A DNA stretch of 64,000 nucleotides, from contig OZ245006.1 of the NCBI GenBank assembly GCA_965223545.1, positions 3,840,001 through 3,904,000 on the forward strand. Direction: 5' to 3'. This stretch comes from Planctomycetota bacterium. Lineage in GTDB: Bacteria; Planctomycetota; UBA1135; UBA2386. Made by a program: the position numbers and the translations under genes. This document shows, one piece after another, positions 1-10,457 of this stretch. The notes under the pieces were generated by a model that had not been told where the DNA came from, searched no databases, and worked only from the letters and a program-made list of their open reading frames with translations. Position 1 is the first letter of the stretch. Each line of letters begins with the position of its first letter.

Positions 1-905
1 AGGAGGAAGACCAGGGCCAGCGGCCGCCCCACGCCACGCCAGAACGCGAGCGAGTACGCCAGCAGGACCGTGAGGCCGAGGTTGGCAATCACGTGCGCGC
101 CGTGGTCCGCGACCGAGACCGGGATCGGCGCCAACAACGCCGTGCCGGCGAGCACCATGCAGAGGTTGAAGACGTTGCTGCCGAGGACGTTGCCGAGCGC
201 GATCTCGGGGTGCCGCTTGAGTGCCGCGACGACACTGGCGACCAGCTCCGGCAAGCTGGTGCCGAACGCCACCAGAACCGCGCCGATCGCGTCCTCGCTC
301 ACGCCGAGGTGCAGGGCCGCGCGGGACGCTCCCTCGACCAGCTGGTTCGCGCCCACCGGCAGCAGCACCAGCCCGGCGACGACGAACAGTGAGTGCAGCG
401 CGTAACCACCCGCGGACGGCCGCGGCCCCTCCGCCGCACCCGCCGCCCGCTGCCCGCGATGGCGCCGCTCGCGCCGGATCAACGTCGTGGTCATCCACAC
501 CAGGAACGCCACCCCGGCGATCCCCTGCCACCAAGTGATGGCATCGCCGAGCAGCACCAACGGCACCACCATCGCGAGGGCCAACAAACAGCGCACTTCG
601 AACCGGGCCGAGCCGGGCACGTGGGCGATCGGCCACAACAACGCCGCCGTGCCCAAGATCAACGCGATGTTGGCGACGTTGCTGCCGAACACGGTGCCGG
701 TCACCAGACCGGGACTGCCCTGCAGGGTCGCGGCGACACACGCCGCCAGCTCCGGTGCCGACGTGCCGAACGCGACGATGGTCACGCCCACCACCATCGG
801 CCGGATGCCGAGGGCCACCGCCAGCCACGACGAGCCGCGCACCAGAAGATCGCCGCCGCCGACCAGGGTGATCAAGCCGACAACGATCTGCAGCCAATCG
901 GGCAT
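1..905 (-). CDS. Calcium/sodium antiporter (YrbG/CaCA family), runs off the window start
   Basis: Not in the ORF track. Reading the minus strand from ATG at 905 gives MPDWLQIVVGLITLVGGGDLLVRG...GVTIVAFGTSAPEL...GNVANI, and a second GTSLPEL...GNVLGSNVFNL repeat follows (the two alpha-repeats). Confidence 0.9.
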   Translation of the reverse strand, partial: MPDWLQIVVGLITLVGGGDLLVRGSSWLAVALGIRPMVVGVTIVAFGTSAPELAACVAATLQGSPGLVTGTVFGSNVANIALILGTAALLWPIAHVPGSARFEVRCLLALAMVVPLVLLGDAITWWQGIAGVAFLVWMTTTLIRRERRHRGQRAAGAAEGPRPSAGGYALHSLFVVAGLVLLPVGANQLVEGASRAALHLGVSEDAIGAVLVAFGTSLPELVASVVAALKRHPEIALGNVLGSNVFNLCMVLAGTALLAPIPVSVADHGAHVIANLGLTVLLAYSLAFWRGVGRPLALVFL

Positions 906-997
906 CGCACGAGGATGGTAGGGTTCGGCGGCGGGCGCACCAGGAAAGACCCAGCACCGCTCCAGCGCTGCCGCGGCACCGGTCGAAGAAGCCGGAG

Positions 998-1855
998 ATG
1001 GGCCACCGCACCGCTCGGTCCGGCGTCCCCGCGGCCGCCGTCGCGGTCGGTGGCGCCCTTCTATGCATCAGCTCGGGTTGTCTTCAACTCGAGTCGGAGA
1101 TCGTGCTGCGCGCCGACGGTTCGGGCACCCAGCGCACACGGCTCATGCTCAGCGGTCCCGCGCTCGCGGTGATCGACGGCCTCGCGAAGGAGCAGGATCG
1201 CGGCCGCGCGTTCGACCCGCGTGCGCTGGTCGATCCGACCGCGGTGCGCGCCGCCCTCGGCGCCGCCGGCATGCGTTGCCACTCGCTGGTGGCGCGGCCC
1301 GAGGGCGACCAGCCGCACATCGACGTGGTCGCGCACTTCGACGACTTCGCCTCCCTGCAGCGCAGCCCACTCTGCGGTGGCGGCGTCGAGTGGCAGCTGC
1401 ACCCGACCGAACAACCGGGGGTGCTGCGACTATCGGTGTTCCCGCGCGGCGAAGCCGCCTGGCGCAACGCCTTCACCGCGGCCCACGGTCTGGCGGAGCG
1501 CGACCCCGCGGACCGGGCCGAACTCGAGCGCATGGTCGACGACTTGCCACAGCTGCCGGGTCCCCAGCTGATCATGCACTGGGTCTTCGAGCTGCCGGGT
1601 GACGTCGTCTCGCACTCGCAGAACACGCGCCGCGTCGGGCCGCGCCGGGTCGAATCGATCGTGACGGCCGCGGACATCGCCTCGCCGCGCGACCTCCTGC
1701 GGCAGCTCGCCCCCCGCTTCGAGGTCGCATTCAGCGCCCCGCAAGGCGAGCTCGCCGACCTCGCCGGGCTGCCGGCTAACGCTGCTCGACCGCGATCAGA
1801 AACACCCGCTGCTCCCGCGGCTCCACCCCCATCTGCGCCCGATCGACGACCGTGA
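998..1855 (+). CDS. Hypothetical lipoprotein (LppM/DUF3153-like)
   Basis: Signal peptide with lipobox SSGC followed by ...LRADGSG; the low-complexity tail overlaps the convergent anti-sigma gene by 80 bp. Confidence 0.6.
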   Translation: MGHRTARSGVPAAAVAVGGALLCISSGCLQLESEIVLRADGSGTQRTRLMLSGPALAVIDGLAKEQDRGRAFDPRALVDPTAVRAALGAAGMRCHSLVARPEGDQPHIDVVAHFDDFASLQRSPLCGGGVEWQLHPTEQPGVLRLSVFPRGEAAWRNAFTAAHGLAERDPADRAELERMVDDLPQLPGPQLIMHWVFELPGDVVSHSQNTRRVGPRRVESIVTAADIASPRDLLRQLAPRFEVAFSAPQGELADLAGLPANAARPRSETPAAPAAPPPSAPDRRP

Positions 1856-2843
1856 TGTTGAGCAGGCGCCGCACCTCCGGCACCGCGATCACCAGGTCAG
1901 AAAGCTCGCAAACCCACTGCCGAGGTTCACAACAGGCGACGTTGATGCGGCTCTGCAGCTGCTCGAACGACACCGCCTGCAGCGCGCGCAGCGCCGAGTA
2001 GCGCTCCTCCCAACGGCGGCCGTCGAGGGCCTGCCGGGTGAACCGCTCCGCCTGCATCAACTGGTCGCGCAGCGGAGCGTCGATGCGCACCATCTCGCGC
2101 TTCTCCATGAAGCGGATCAACCCCACCGCGGCGTTCAGCTCGCGCGCTTCCTGCTGCATGCGCGGCCAGTAGCGCTGCAGCTGCTCGGTCTCGCTCACGC
2201 CGCGCAAGCGCGCGCGCAGCCGCTGGGCCCGGCTCGATGCATGCGCGACGCCGGCCAACGCCAGCTGGTACTCGTTGAGCTCTTGCCACGACAGGCCCGC
2301 GGGCTGGACATCGGAAGAGCCCGAGCCACCCGCCAACGCGCCCGCCGGAGGCGATCCCCACAGCGTGCGGGGACCGGCCTGCGCCGGTGAGCTCGGCGCC
2401 GGCACGTCCGCGGCGACCGCCGGTGCCGGAACGCGCGGCAACGCGTCGAAGTCGACGGACGGCGTCACCGCCACCTCGGCCGGAGCCTCGCCGACCGGAT
2501 CGGACTCGCGCGCGACGTGGTAGCCGATCAAGAACAACGCCGCCGCCGCCGCGCCGGTCACCGCCTGCCGCACGCGCACCGCCGCCGGCACCGGGTCGTT
2601 GTAGATCGCCTCGGGCGCCGCCTCACCGGACTCGATCCGGTGCTGCAACCCCTCGCGGAAATCGCTGCGCACCCGCGCGACCGGAGCCTGCAGCGCAAGC
2701 TCCTGCGCGGTCCGCATCTCACTCCACACTCCTCGGCATCGGGTGCACGCGGCGACGTGGCGCAGCAACGCCGCACGCCGACCGGACGGCAGACGCCCAT
2801 CCAGCGACAGCGACATCTCGTGCTCTCGACTACTGCAAGTCAT
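1776..2843 (-). CDS. Zinc-finger (ZAS) transmembrane anti-sigma factor
   Basis: MTCSSREHEMSLSLDG...HVAACTRC (HxxxCxxC), one TM helix (AAAAALFLIGY), directly downstream of an ECF sigma. Confidence 0.8.
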   Translation of the reverse strand: MTCSSREHEMSLSLDGRLPSGRRAALLRHVAACTRCRGVWSEMRTAQELALQAPVARVRSDFREGLQHRIESGEAAPEAIYNDPVPAAVRVRQAVTGAAAAALFLIGYHVARESDPVGEAPAEVAVTPSVDFDALPRVPAPAVAADVPAPSSPAQAGPRTLWGSPPAGALAGGSGSSDVQPAGLSWQELNEYQLALAGVAHASSRAQRLRARLRGVSETEQLQRYWPRMQQEARELNAAVGLIRFMEKREMVRIDAPLRDQLMQAERFTRQALDGRRWEERYSALRALQAVSFEQLQSRINVACCEPRQWVCELSDLVIAVPEVRRLLNITVVDRAQMGVEPREQRVFLIAVEQR

Positions 2844-2854
2844 CGTTGTGCGAT

Positions 2855-3418
2855 TCAGTGTTGTGGGTCGATCCAGTGGGAGACCGCCGCGCGGAAGCGC
2901 TGGCGGGCCCGGAACAGTCGGGTAGAGACGGTCTTCACCGGGCAGCGAAGAATCGCCGCCGCATCCTCGTAGCTCAGCCCCTGCATCTCGCAAAGGATGA
3001 ACGCTTCGCGGAACTTCATCGGCAGCGCGGCGATCGCGTCCTCGATCGCCGCCTGCGCTTCGCGCGCCTCGGCCATCTCGTCGGGCCGCGCCCCGCTGTG
3101 ATCGGGCAACGACGGGTGCGCTTCGTCGTCACGGCTCAGATCGCGGAACAGACGCAGCTTGAAGCGCCGCCGGCGCAGCACGTCAAGACACAGGTTGCGG
3201 GTGACGCGATACAGCCACGGGCGATACGCGGATTCCGGCACCTGACTCTGGTGGCGGTAGAGCGCCAAGAACGCGTCTTGGGTCACGTCCTCCGCCGCCT
3301 CCTGGTCGCGCAGCATGCGCATCGCATACGTCATCAGTCCCTCGGTGTGCTCGGCCACCGCGCGGTTGAACTGCACCGAGGACTGGGGATCGGACTGCAT
3401 CGCGCTCGAGAAGTTCAT
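2855..3418 (-). CDS. ECF sigma-70 factor (RpoE/SigW-like)
   Basis: AEDVTQDAF, RPWLYRVTRN (region 2) and GLSYEDAAAILRCPVKTVSTRLFRAR (region 4). Confidence 0.95.
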   Translation of the reverse strand: MNFSSAMQSDPQSSVQFNRAVAEHTEGLMTYAMRMLRDQEAAEDVTQDAFLALYRHQSQVPESAYRPWLYRVTRNLCLDVLRRRRFKLRLFRDLSRDDEAHPSLPDHSGARPDEMAEAREAQAAIEDAIAALPMKFREAFILCEMQGLSYEDAAAILRCPVKTVSTRLFRARQRFRAAVSHWIDPQH

Positions 3419-3831
3419 CGGTCACCCCCCGCGCAATGCCAAAGCCCGGCCGCATGCCAGTGCGCAGCCGTCCCGGGGGACGCCTGCACTGTAACCGCCC
3501 GCCACCCGGGGGCGCTGGCGGCGGCCGCACCGACACGGCGCCACGCCGCACCGGGCGGCGCGGGTTCCGCGTGCTCGGCGGGGCGCGGCAGGCCCCCTTG
3601 CAGCCGCTGCAGGCCGCGCTCCGAGAGCCACTGCTGCAGCGGCTCGAGCTCGAACCGATCGCTGTCCGCGCCGGCCAGCAGCTCGGCGATGGCGGCTTCC
3701 ACCTCGGCGCGCACGGCCGCCCGCCACGCCGGATCGGGCGCGGGCTCGCGTCCCGGCGCCGCCTGGGCGGTCAGCTGACCGACGACCACGCCGAGCAGCA
3801 GCGACAGGATCAGGGCTTGGAGTGTTCGCAT
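3415..3831 (-). CDS. Hypothetical exported protein
   Basis: Signal-like N-terminus MRTLQALILSLLLGVVVG; stop overlaps the ECF start (ATGA coupling). Confidence 0.55.
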   Translation of the reverse strand: MRTLQALILSLLLGVVVGQLTAQAAPGREPAPDPAWRAAVRAEVEAAIAELLAGADSDRFELEPLQQWLSERGLQRLQGGLPRPAEHAEPAPPGAAWRRVGAAAASAPGWRAVTVQASPGTAAHWHAAGLWHCAGGDR

Positions 3832-4025
3832 GCGCAGGCCTCCGGTGGACACCCGCTCGACGACGGCGCCTGGCGCAGAACTCCGCCGAACGCCCCATTT
3901 CGGGCCGGCGCGGCCGGAACGGTCCTCGGATGGGGGTTTTCCCGATCGATTCCGGCAGCCGCGGGGTGGACAGGCGTCCCCGCCGCAGCTTGGATGCCGG
4001 GCTCACCGCACCCCCGCCTCTCGAC

Positions 4026-4952
4026 ATGCCGACCCCATCCCACGGCCGCTTCGGCCGCCGCTGCGCGCGCGCGGCGCTCGCCCTCGCGCTCTGCGGCGCC
4101 ACCGCCTGCAGCGGCCGCCACACGCACGTCGCCGACGAGTCCTTCGAGGTCGAGTTCCCGCTGCCCGCGGAGGCGCGGACCGTGCGGCTGGACATCCTCG
4201 AAGGCGCGATCACCTTCGCGCCCGGCAAGCCCGGCGTGGTCCGGATCGAGGCTCTGGCGCGCCGCGCCTCGACGGACGCCGCCGGCATCGAACGGCTGGC
4301 AGCCATCGACGCGCGGCCGGTCGTGGTCCCGGGCCGCGACCCGGCGGTCTTCGACCTGCGCGGACCACGGTTGCCGGATGGGCTGAGCTACCCGGGGCAC
4401 CGGCTGGTGACGCGCTGCTACGTCGAAGTGCCGCCCGACATCGCCGTCGAGGGGACCACGGGGTCCGGCCACATGGCGGCCGTCGAGCGGCGCGCCGACG
4501 TCGCCCTGCAGACCGGTCACGGCGCGCTTCGACTCGACAACTGCGCCGGCCACGCGATGCTGCGCAGCACGCGCGGCGCCGTCGTCGTCGACGAGCACAG
4601 CGGCTCGCTCGACCTCGAGCACGCGGTCTGGCAGGGTGAGACGATTCCCGAGACCAGCCAGCGCAAGGGTGAGACGATGCAGCTGTTCTTCACCGCGATC
4701 GGCGAAAAGGGAGTGCGGGTCGTGGCCCCCCACGCCAACGTCCAGTGCCACCTGCCGGGGGATGCGACGTTCACCATGGACGCGACCACCGGCGCAGGCC
4801 GCAGCAAGAACGGCTTCGGCGTGCCGGTCGAACCGCTGGCCGGCAAGAAGTTCGGCACCGCCATGCGCGGAACGGTCGGCAGCGGCGGACCGACGGTGCT
4901 CATCGCCGTCGACTACGGCAACGTCTCGCTGCGTGCGCGGGCCGTACCGTGA
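4026..4952 (+). CDS. DUF4097-like beta-strand repeat lipoprotein
   Basis: Lipobox ATAC; repeated T/S-G-x-G beta motifs (TTGSGH, TGHGAL, STRGAV, VDYGNV). Confidence 0.7.
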   Translation: MPTPSHGRFGRRCARAALALALCGATACSGRHTHVADESFEVEFPLPAEARTVRLDILEGAITFAPGKPGVVRIEALARRASTDAAGIERLAAIDARPVVVPGRDPAVFDLRGPRLPDGLSYPGHRLVTRCYVEVPPDIAVEGTTGSGHMAAVERRADVALQTGHGALRLDNCAGHAMLRSTRGAVVVDEHSGSLDLEHAVWQGETIPETSQRKGETMQLFFTAIGEKGVRVVAPHANVQCHLPGDATFTMDATTGAGRSKNGFGVPVEPLAGKKFGTAMRGTVGSGGPTVLIAVDYGNVSLRARAVP

Positions 4953-6487
4953 GCCGCAGTGCTCTCTCGACCGCCCTGCGCGCGGCGCTCGCGGTTTCGC
5001 TCGGTCTGTTGGCGACCGGCGCGCCCGCGCAGGACGGCGACGGCGACGCCGACCTGCTGATCCTGCACATCAACGACTTCCACGGTCAGGTGCGGCCCCG
5101 GCGACTGCCGGCGAGGGGCGACCGCGAAGCGAGGTGGATCGGCGGCTTCGCCGCGCTGGCCGAGCACACGCGGCGCCGGCGGGCGGCGTTCGGCAAAACG
5201 GTCTGGGTCACCAACGGCGGCGACTGGTTCCAGGGCACTCCGGAGGGCAACCACGACCGCGGCGTCGCCGCGATGCAGACGCTCGAACGGCTCGGGCTGA
5301 CGGCGTCGGTGGTCGGCAACCACGAGTACGACTTCGGCGAACGCAGCTTGATCGCCCTGATCGAAGCGCTGCGCCACCCCGTGCTGGGAGCGAACGTGCT
5401 CGAGCGGGGTTCGGAGCGCGTGCGCCCGTACGTGCGCCCGTACACCGTGCGGACCGTGACCGGTGCCGGCGGCGTGCCGGTGCGCATCGCCATCGTCGGC
5501 CTGGTCACCGAGGACACCCCGCAGGTCGCCACCGGCCCGTTCGGCAGCGCGGTCTTCGAAACCGAGACCGCGACTCTCGAACGGCTGTGGCCCCAGCTGA
5601 TGCGCGACGCGGAGCACGTCGTCCTGCTGACCCACAGCGGACTCCGCCGCGACATCGAGCTGGCGCAGCGATTTCCCGGCATCCGCCTGATCCTCGGCGG
5701 CCACAGCCACACCCTGCTGCGGCGGGCCGTCGTCGAGGGCGACACGACCATCGTCCAATCCGGCAGCCGGGCCGGTGCGGTCACCGAGGTCGAGGTGCGG
5801 CTGACCGTCGATCGCTTCGAGTGCGCGGCCACGACCCTGGTCGAGCTCGACGGCGCGATCGAGCCCGACACCGACACGCGCGCACACCTAGATCGGACCT
5901 TCGGTCACCTGGCCGAGCACTGGGACACGCCGATCGGCGAGGTCGCCGGCGCGGCCGACCGCCGCTGGTCGGGGGGCTCCACGCCAGCCGGCAGCTACGT
6001 CGCCGGCCTGATCCGGGCGGCGAGCGACGCCGACGTGGGTTTGACCAACAAGGGGGGTCTGCGCAGCACCCTCGTGCCCGGCGCCATCACGCGGCGCGAC
6101 GTGTTCGAGCTGCTCCCGTTCGACAACTCCGTGGTCACCTTCGAGCTCAGCGGCACCCAGCTGCGGCGCGTGCTGGCGCAGAGCCTCGAGCAGCGCCGCC
6201 GCCCCCTGGAGATCGACGGTGCGACGTATACCTACCGCATCGAAGACGGCACCCGACAGCTGCGCGACGTCCTGGTCGGCGGTCGCCCCCTGGATTTGGA
6301 GCGCAACTACCGCGTCGCCACCAACTCGTTCCTCGCCGGCGGGGGAGACGGGCAGACCGCATTCGCCGAGCAAGAGCCCGTCGGTCGCACGGAGCAGTTC
6401 CTGCGGGACTTGATGGAAGCGGATCTATTGCGCTCCACAGTTATCGAGCTCCCCGGGGAATCCCGCATCCAGCTCGAATCGAGGTAG
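4949..6487 (+). CDS. Secreted 5'-nucleotidase / bifunctional metallophosphatase
   Basis: HINDFHG, GGDWFQG, GNHEYD, LTHSG, GGHSH, NKGGLR, LLPFDN and ATNSFLAGGGDG motifs; GTG start overlaps the upstream TGA. Confidence 0.92.
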   Translation: MSRSALSTALRAALAVSLGLLATGAPAQDGDGDADLLILHINDFHGQVRPRRLPARGDREARWIGGFAALAEHTRRRRAAFGKTVWVTNGGDWFQGTPEGNHDRGVAAMQTLERLGLTASVVGNHEYDFGERSLIALIEALRHPVLGANVLERGSERVRPYVRPYTVRTVTGAGGVPVRIAIVGLVTEDTPQVATGPFGSAVFETETATLERLWPQLMRDAEHVVLLTHSGLRRDIELAQRFPGIRLILGGHSHTLLRRAVVEGDTTIVQSGSRAGAVTEVEVRLTVDRFECAATTLVELDGAIEPDTDTRAHLDRTFGHLAEHWDTPIGEVAGAADRRWSGGSTPAGSYVAGLIRAASDADVGLTNKGGLRSTLVPGAITRRDVFELLPFDNSVVTFELSGTQLRRVLAQSLEQRRRPLEIDGATYTYRIEDGTRQLRDVLVGGRPLDLERNYRVATNSFLAGGGDGQTAFAEQEPVGRTEQFLRDLMEADLLRSTVIELPGESRIQLESR

Positions 6488-6697
6488 ACTGGGGAAGAAC
6501 GGTGTAATTCCGGTCGTGGGGCCCCGGCGCTCGACGTCCAGGAGAGATGCCCCAAGACGCCCTGGCGGAAAAGACCAGTTCTTCGGAAATATCCGGTGGT
6601 ATTCCGCTCTCGGCCGTAAGAGGCGATCGCCCCCCAAAACCCACCAAGCCCGGCGGCCCGCCGGGTTCGATCCCAGCAACCAGAGAGGAACAGCGAC

Positions 6698-7111
6698 ATG
6701 GCCCTAGGCAAGCGGCTGTTGATGTTCTCCCCCACGGATCCACGCGCGACACAGCTCGCCTCCCAGGTGAGCGAGTGGGGGTGCCTGATCACGACCTGTG
6801 AAACCCTCGACGAGCTCCGCGGCAAGCTCGAGGGAGACGAGTACGATCTCGTGCTCTGCGAGGGGTCGTCGTCCCTGCGCAAGCTCACCGCCGAAGCCGA
6901 CCCGACCGGGGAGGTCTTGCAGACTCCGCTGGCCGAAATCGAGAAGCGGCACATCCTCCGCGTGCTCGCGTCGACCGGCGGCAACAAGACCCGGGCATCC
7001 AAGATCTTGGGGATCGACACCAAGACCCTCTACAACAAGCTGAAGGCTTACGGTGCTGCGGCACAATCGGCGCGCCGGCGCCAGCAAGCTGCCAGCGGCG
7101 AGCTACGATAG
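6698..7111 (+). CDS. Small Fis-type HTH regulator with a receiver-like N-terminus
   Basis: PLAEIEKRHILRVLASTGGNKTRASKILGIDTKTLYNKL; RBS GAGGA; no AAA+ domain. Confidence 0.85.
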   Translation: MALGKRLLMFSPTDPRATQLASQVSEWGCLITTCETLDELRGKLEGDEYDLVLCEGSSSLRKLTAEADPTGEVLQTPLAEIEKRHILRVLASTGGNKTRASKILGIDTKTLYNKLKAYGAAAQSARRRQQAASGELR

Positions 7112-7239
7112 GCGCTGTCCCCGGCGACCCGCCGGTTCGAGGCGGAGCCTCCGCCGGCCACCATGGGGATTTCTGACCGCGCTCGGCCGGCTGGCGGCCT
7201 TCTCGCCAATTTTGGCCCGGGCGCCGCGTAGCCTGCCCG

Positions 7240-9516
7240 ATGTCCCCTCCTCGCCCCCTTTGCATCGCCGCCTGCCTGCTCGGTTGGCTCCCCGGCTGGC
7301 TGGCCGGACAAGAACCGGGGCCGAGCCCACGCGTCTCGAGCTACGAGATGGAGGTCGTGCTCGAGCCGGCGGAGCGCCGCCTGCGCGGCACGCAGCGGAT
7401 CCGCTGGCGCAACACGACGGATGCGCCGACCTCCGAGCTGCGGTTTCACCTCTACCTCAACGCGTTTCGCGACGCGCGGTCGACCCTGATGCGGGAGGCG
7501 GACGAGGAGTTTCGCCGCAAATGGCGCGACGCCGACTACGGCGGCATCCGCGTCACCCAGCTCGAGCTCGAGACCGCTGACGGTCCGGTCGACCTGACCC
7601 CCCAGCTGCACTTCGCGCAGCCCGACGACGGCAACTCCGACGATGCCACGGTGTTGGTGGCCCCGCTGCCCACGCCGGTCGGCGCCGGCGCGGCGGCGGT
7701 CGTCCGCACGCGCTTCGAGGTGGCGATCCCCAAGGCACACCGCCGCACCGGCTACGCGCCCGACGACGGCTTCTTCATGATGCACTGGTTCCCCAAGCTG
7801 GGCGTGCTGGAGAGCCGGGGCGAGGAGAGCGTTTGGAACTGCCCGCAGTTCCACGCCAACAGCGAGTTCTTCGCCGACTTCTCGGTCTACGAGGTCGCGA
7901 TCACGCTTCCGCCGGAATACGTGGTCGGCGCCACCGGCCAATTGCAGACCGCCGAGAGCACCCTCGAGGGCTCGAGCAAGACGCTGGTCTACCGCGCCGA
8001 AGACGTGCACGACTTCGCCTGGGTGGCCGATCCGGACTTCGTCGAGCACCGCATGACGACCGAGCCGGTGCGCGCCGCCGACGACGAAGTCGCGACCGCG
8101 GTTGCCGCCGCGATGCAGACCCCGGTGGAGCAGTTCGACCTGCCGGCGACCGAGATCATCCTGCTGCTGCGCCCCGAGCACGACACCGAGACGCAGCGCC
8201 ACCGGCACTTCGCCGCGGTGCGTGCGGCCATCGAGTTCTTCGGCTTGCGCTACGGGCCGTATCCGTACCCGACGATCACCGTGGTCGATCCCGCCCGCGA
8301 CGTGCTGGGCAACCGACTCGGTGGCGGCATGGAGTACCCGCAGCTGATCACCTGTGGCACCAGCTTGTTCCCCCATCCGCACCGGCTGTCACCCGAGGGG
8401 GTCACGGTGCACGAGTTCGGCCACCAGTACTGGTACGGGCTCTCGGCCAACGACGAGTTTCGCGAAGCGTGGCTCGACGAGGGCATCAACACGTTCAGCG
8501 AGGGGCGTGCACAGTGGCTGCACTACGGAGAGCAGAGGCCGTTGCGCACCTCCGAGTTCGGCCTGCTGCAGGTCGCCGCGGTGCCGTGGCAGCCGGTCCC
8601 CGACTGGCCGCATGGCGGCGCCCTGCTCGACCTGCTCGGTGAGCTCGACGAGGGCTGGGCCGCGCGCCTCCGCGGAGTAGGCATGCGCGGGACGCTGGTG
8701 CCGGACTCGCCCCTGCTGCAGCTGATGCGCGAGCAGCCGTCGCTGAGCTATGCGCGGCACGCGCGCTACAACGATCTGTGGAACGACCGCGATCGGTGGC
8801 TGCAGGTCGACAACCCCGATCCGATGGTCCTGCCCGGCTGGGAGTACGACAGCCGCGCCAGCTACGTCGCCAACAGCTACCACCGGCCGGCGACCTTGTT
8901 GCGGACCGTCGAGCGCATGGTCGGCACCACCACGTGGTGGACGTTCTTGCGCGCCTTCGCCATGCAGTCGCGCTTCCGCCATCCGACCACGGACGACTTC
9001 ACCCGACTGTTGCGGGAGACCTGCGGCGCCGAGGTGGGCGACTTCTTCGCCGAGGCGATCCGCGCCGGCGCGACGTTCGACTACGGCATCGACGGAGTGC
9101 GGCCGCCGGACGGACGGGGACCGCGCAAGTCGGTGGCGATCCGCCGCTTCGGCGCGCTGCGTGCGACCGTGCCGGTACGGCTGCGATTCTCTGAACGCGC
9201 GGAACCGGTGCTCGTGCAGATCGATGCCGGCGCCGCCGATCCGATCCACCGACTGCACTTCGACGACGAGGACGAGGAGACTCCGTGGGGTGACTTGCTC
9301 GAGGTGTGGGTCGATCCACCGACCGGCACGGCGGCGGACGGCTCACCCCTCGAAAACCCGGGAGAGCCCAGCCCGAGCGGAATCTTCACCATCGACGAGA
9401 ACCTCCTCAACAACGCGTGGCGCGCCCGCGCCGATCGGCGGCCGGCGCTGTACCGCGCCATTCGCGGCCTGCTCCAACGGCAGAGCCGGCTCAGCTTCTG
9501 GGGGTGGATCGGATGA
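7240..9516 (+). CDS. M1 family (gluzincin) metalloaminopeptidase, secreted
   Basis: Signal peptide; GGGMEYP, HEFGHQYW, WLDEGINTF. Confidence 0.9.
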   Translation: MSPPRPLCIAACLLGWLPGWLAGQEPGPSPRVSSYEMEVVLEPAERRLRGTQRIRWRNTTDAPTSELRFHLYLNAFRDARSTLMREADEEFRRKWRDADYGGIRVTQLELETADGPVDLTPQLHFAQPDDGNSDDATVLVAPLPTPVGAGAAAVVRTRFEVAIPKAHRRTGYAPDDGFFMMHWFPKLGVLESRGEESVWNCPQFHANSEFFADFSVYEVAITLPPEYVVGATGQLQTAESTLEGSSKTLVYRAEDVHDFAWVADPDFVEHRMTTEPVRAADDEVATAVAAAMQTPVEQFDLPATEIILLLRPEHDTETQRHRHFAAVRAAIEFFGLRYGPYPYPTITVVDPARDVLGNRLGGGMEYPQLITCGTSLFPHPHRLSPEGVTVHEFGHQYWYGLSANDEFREAWLDEGINTFSEGRAQWLHYGEQRPLRTSEFGLLQVAAVPWQPVPDWPHGGALLDLLGELDEGWAARLRGVGMRGTLVPDSPLLQLMREQPSLSYARHARYNDLWNDRDRWLQVDNPDPMVLPGWEYDSRASYVANSYHRPATLLRTVERMVGTTTWWTFLRAFAMQSRFRHPTTDDFTRLLRETCGAEVGDFFAEAIRAGATFDYGIDGVRPPDGRGPRKSVAIRRFGALRATVPVRLRFSERAEPVLVQIDAGAADPIHRLHFDDEDEETPWGDLLEVWVDPPTGTAADGSPLENPGEPSPSGIFTIDENLLNNAWRARADRRPALYRAIRGLLQRQSRLSFWGWIG

Positions 9517-10457
9517 TCGCCCACGAGTACTCGACGGATCCGCAGCGCGGCGCGCTGGCGTGCTTGGTTCGCTCGGTGGCGACCGCTTTGGCGCACCCGA
9601 CGGCATGGCTGTCGGGTTGGCTGATCGTCAGCGTGCCGGCGCTGGCGGAGACCTGGGCGCAGGCGCGGGCCGCCGACGCCGCACTGGCCCACCACCCCGC
9701 CGCGGGGGGATTGCTCGACCAAGCCCTCGACGCCGACCTGTCCCGGCTCGAGCCGGCCATCGCCGCCGGCTCTCCGCTCAGCGCGGTGTTCGTCTTCCTC
9801 GGCTACGCCGTGCTCGCCGGCGGTGTCCTGGTGTGCGTCGGCCGCGATGGTGGCTATCGCTACACCGAGCTGCTGGCGGAAGGCGGTCGCCTGCTGATGC
9901 GCAACCTGCGGGTTCTGCTCGTCGGCATCTTTGCCGCATGGCTCTTGTGCTGGTGCATCGACGCGGCCGACGGCTGGGCCCGCGAAGAGTGGCTCTACGA
10001 CGCCGACCCCAGCGCCGCCTGGCTGCACGCGCGGTGGGGATCGCTCGACGTCGCCGTCGAGGCGTGGCACTACGCGGTCGGCGGGTTGTTCTTGGCGCTC
10101 CTGTTCACCGCCAAGGTCGCCATGGCGCGGCTGTCGGTGCTCGACCGATCGTCGGCGCTGCTGGCCTGGCTGCGGGCTCTGGGCGCGGTGCTGCGCCACC
10201 CGCTGCGCACCGCCATCGTGATCGTCGGCCTTGCCGCGCTGTGGCTCGGCGCCTCCCACGGCACCGGCAAGCTGACGCAGTGGCTGCTCGAGGGCGAACA
10301 CCGCCTCGCGCTCGGCTTGGCGGCGGGCCAGCTCGGGATCCTGGCAAACCAGGTGCTGATCGTCGCGACTTTGGTCGCCGCGCGCGACACGGCCTTGCTC
10401 CACGCGCCACCGCCGTCACACTCGGACGACTTCGTCTACGAGGACAGCTTGTCGTGA
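9513..10457 (+). CDS. Multi-pass membrane protein
   Basis: ATG overlaps the M1 stop; several hydrophobic helices. Confidence 0.75.
   Translation: MIAHEYSTDPQRGALACLVRSVATALAHPTAWLSGWLIVSVPALAETWAQARAADAALAHHPAAGGLLDQALDADLSRLEPAIAAGSPLSAVFVFLGYAVLAGGVLVCVGRDGGYRYTELLAEGGRLLMRNLRVLLVGIFAAWLLCWCIDAADGWAREEWLYDADPSAAWLHARWGSLDVAVEAWHYAVGGLFLALLFTAKVAMARLSVLDRSSALLAWLRALGAVLRHPLRTAIVIVGLAALWLGASHGTGKLTQWLLEGEHRLALGLAAGQLGILANQVLIVATLVAARDTALLHAPPPSHSDDFVYEDSLS

Noticed and set aside
70..1172. Plus-strand ORFs at the window start and the many Arg/Pro/Ala-rich ORFs throughout
   Set aside because: GC-rich shadow frames of real genes on the other strand or frame; here the antiporter on the minus strand.
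8750..10453. 1033-aa ORF suggesting a large N-terminal extension on aminopeptidase P
   Set aside because: The extension is an off-frame shadow over the M1 and membrane genes; the real start is GTG 10454.
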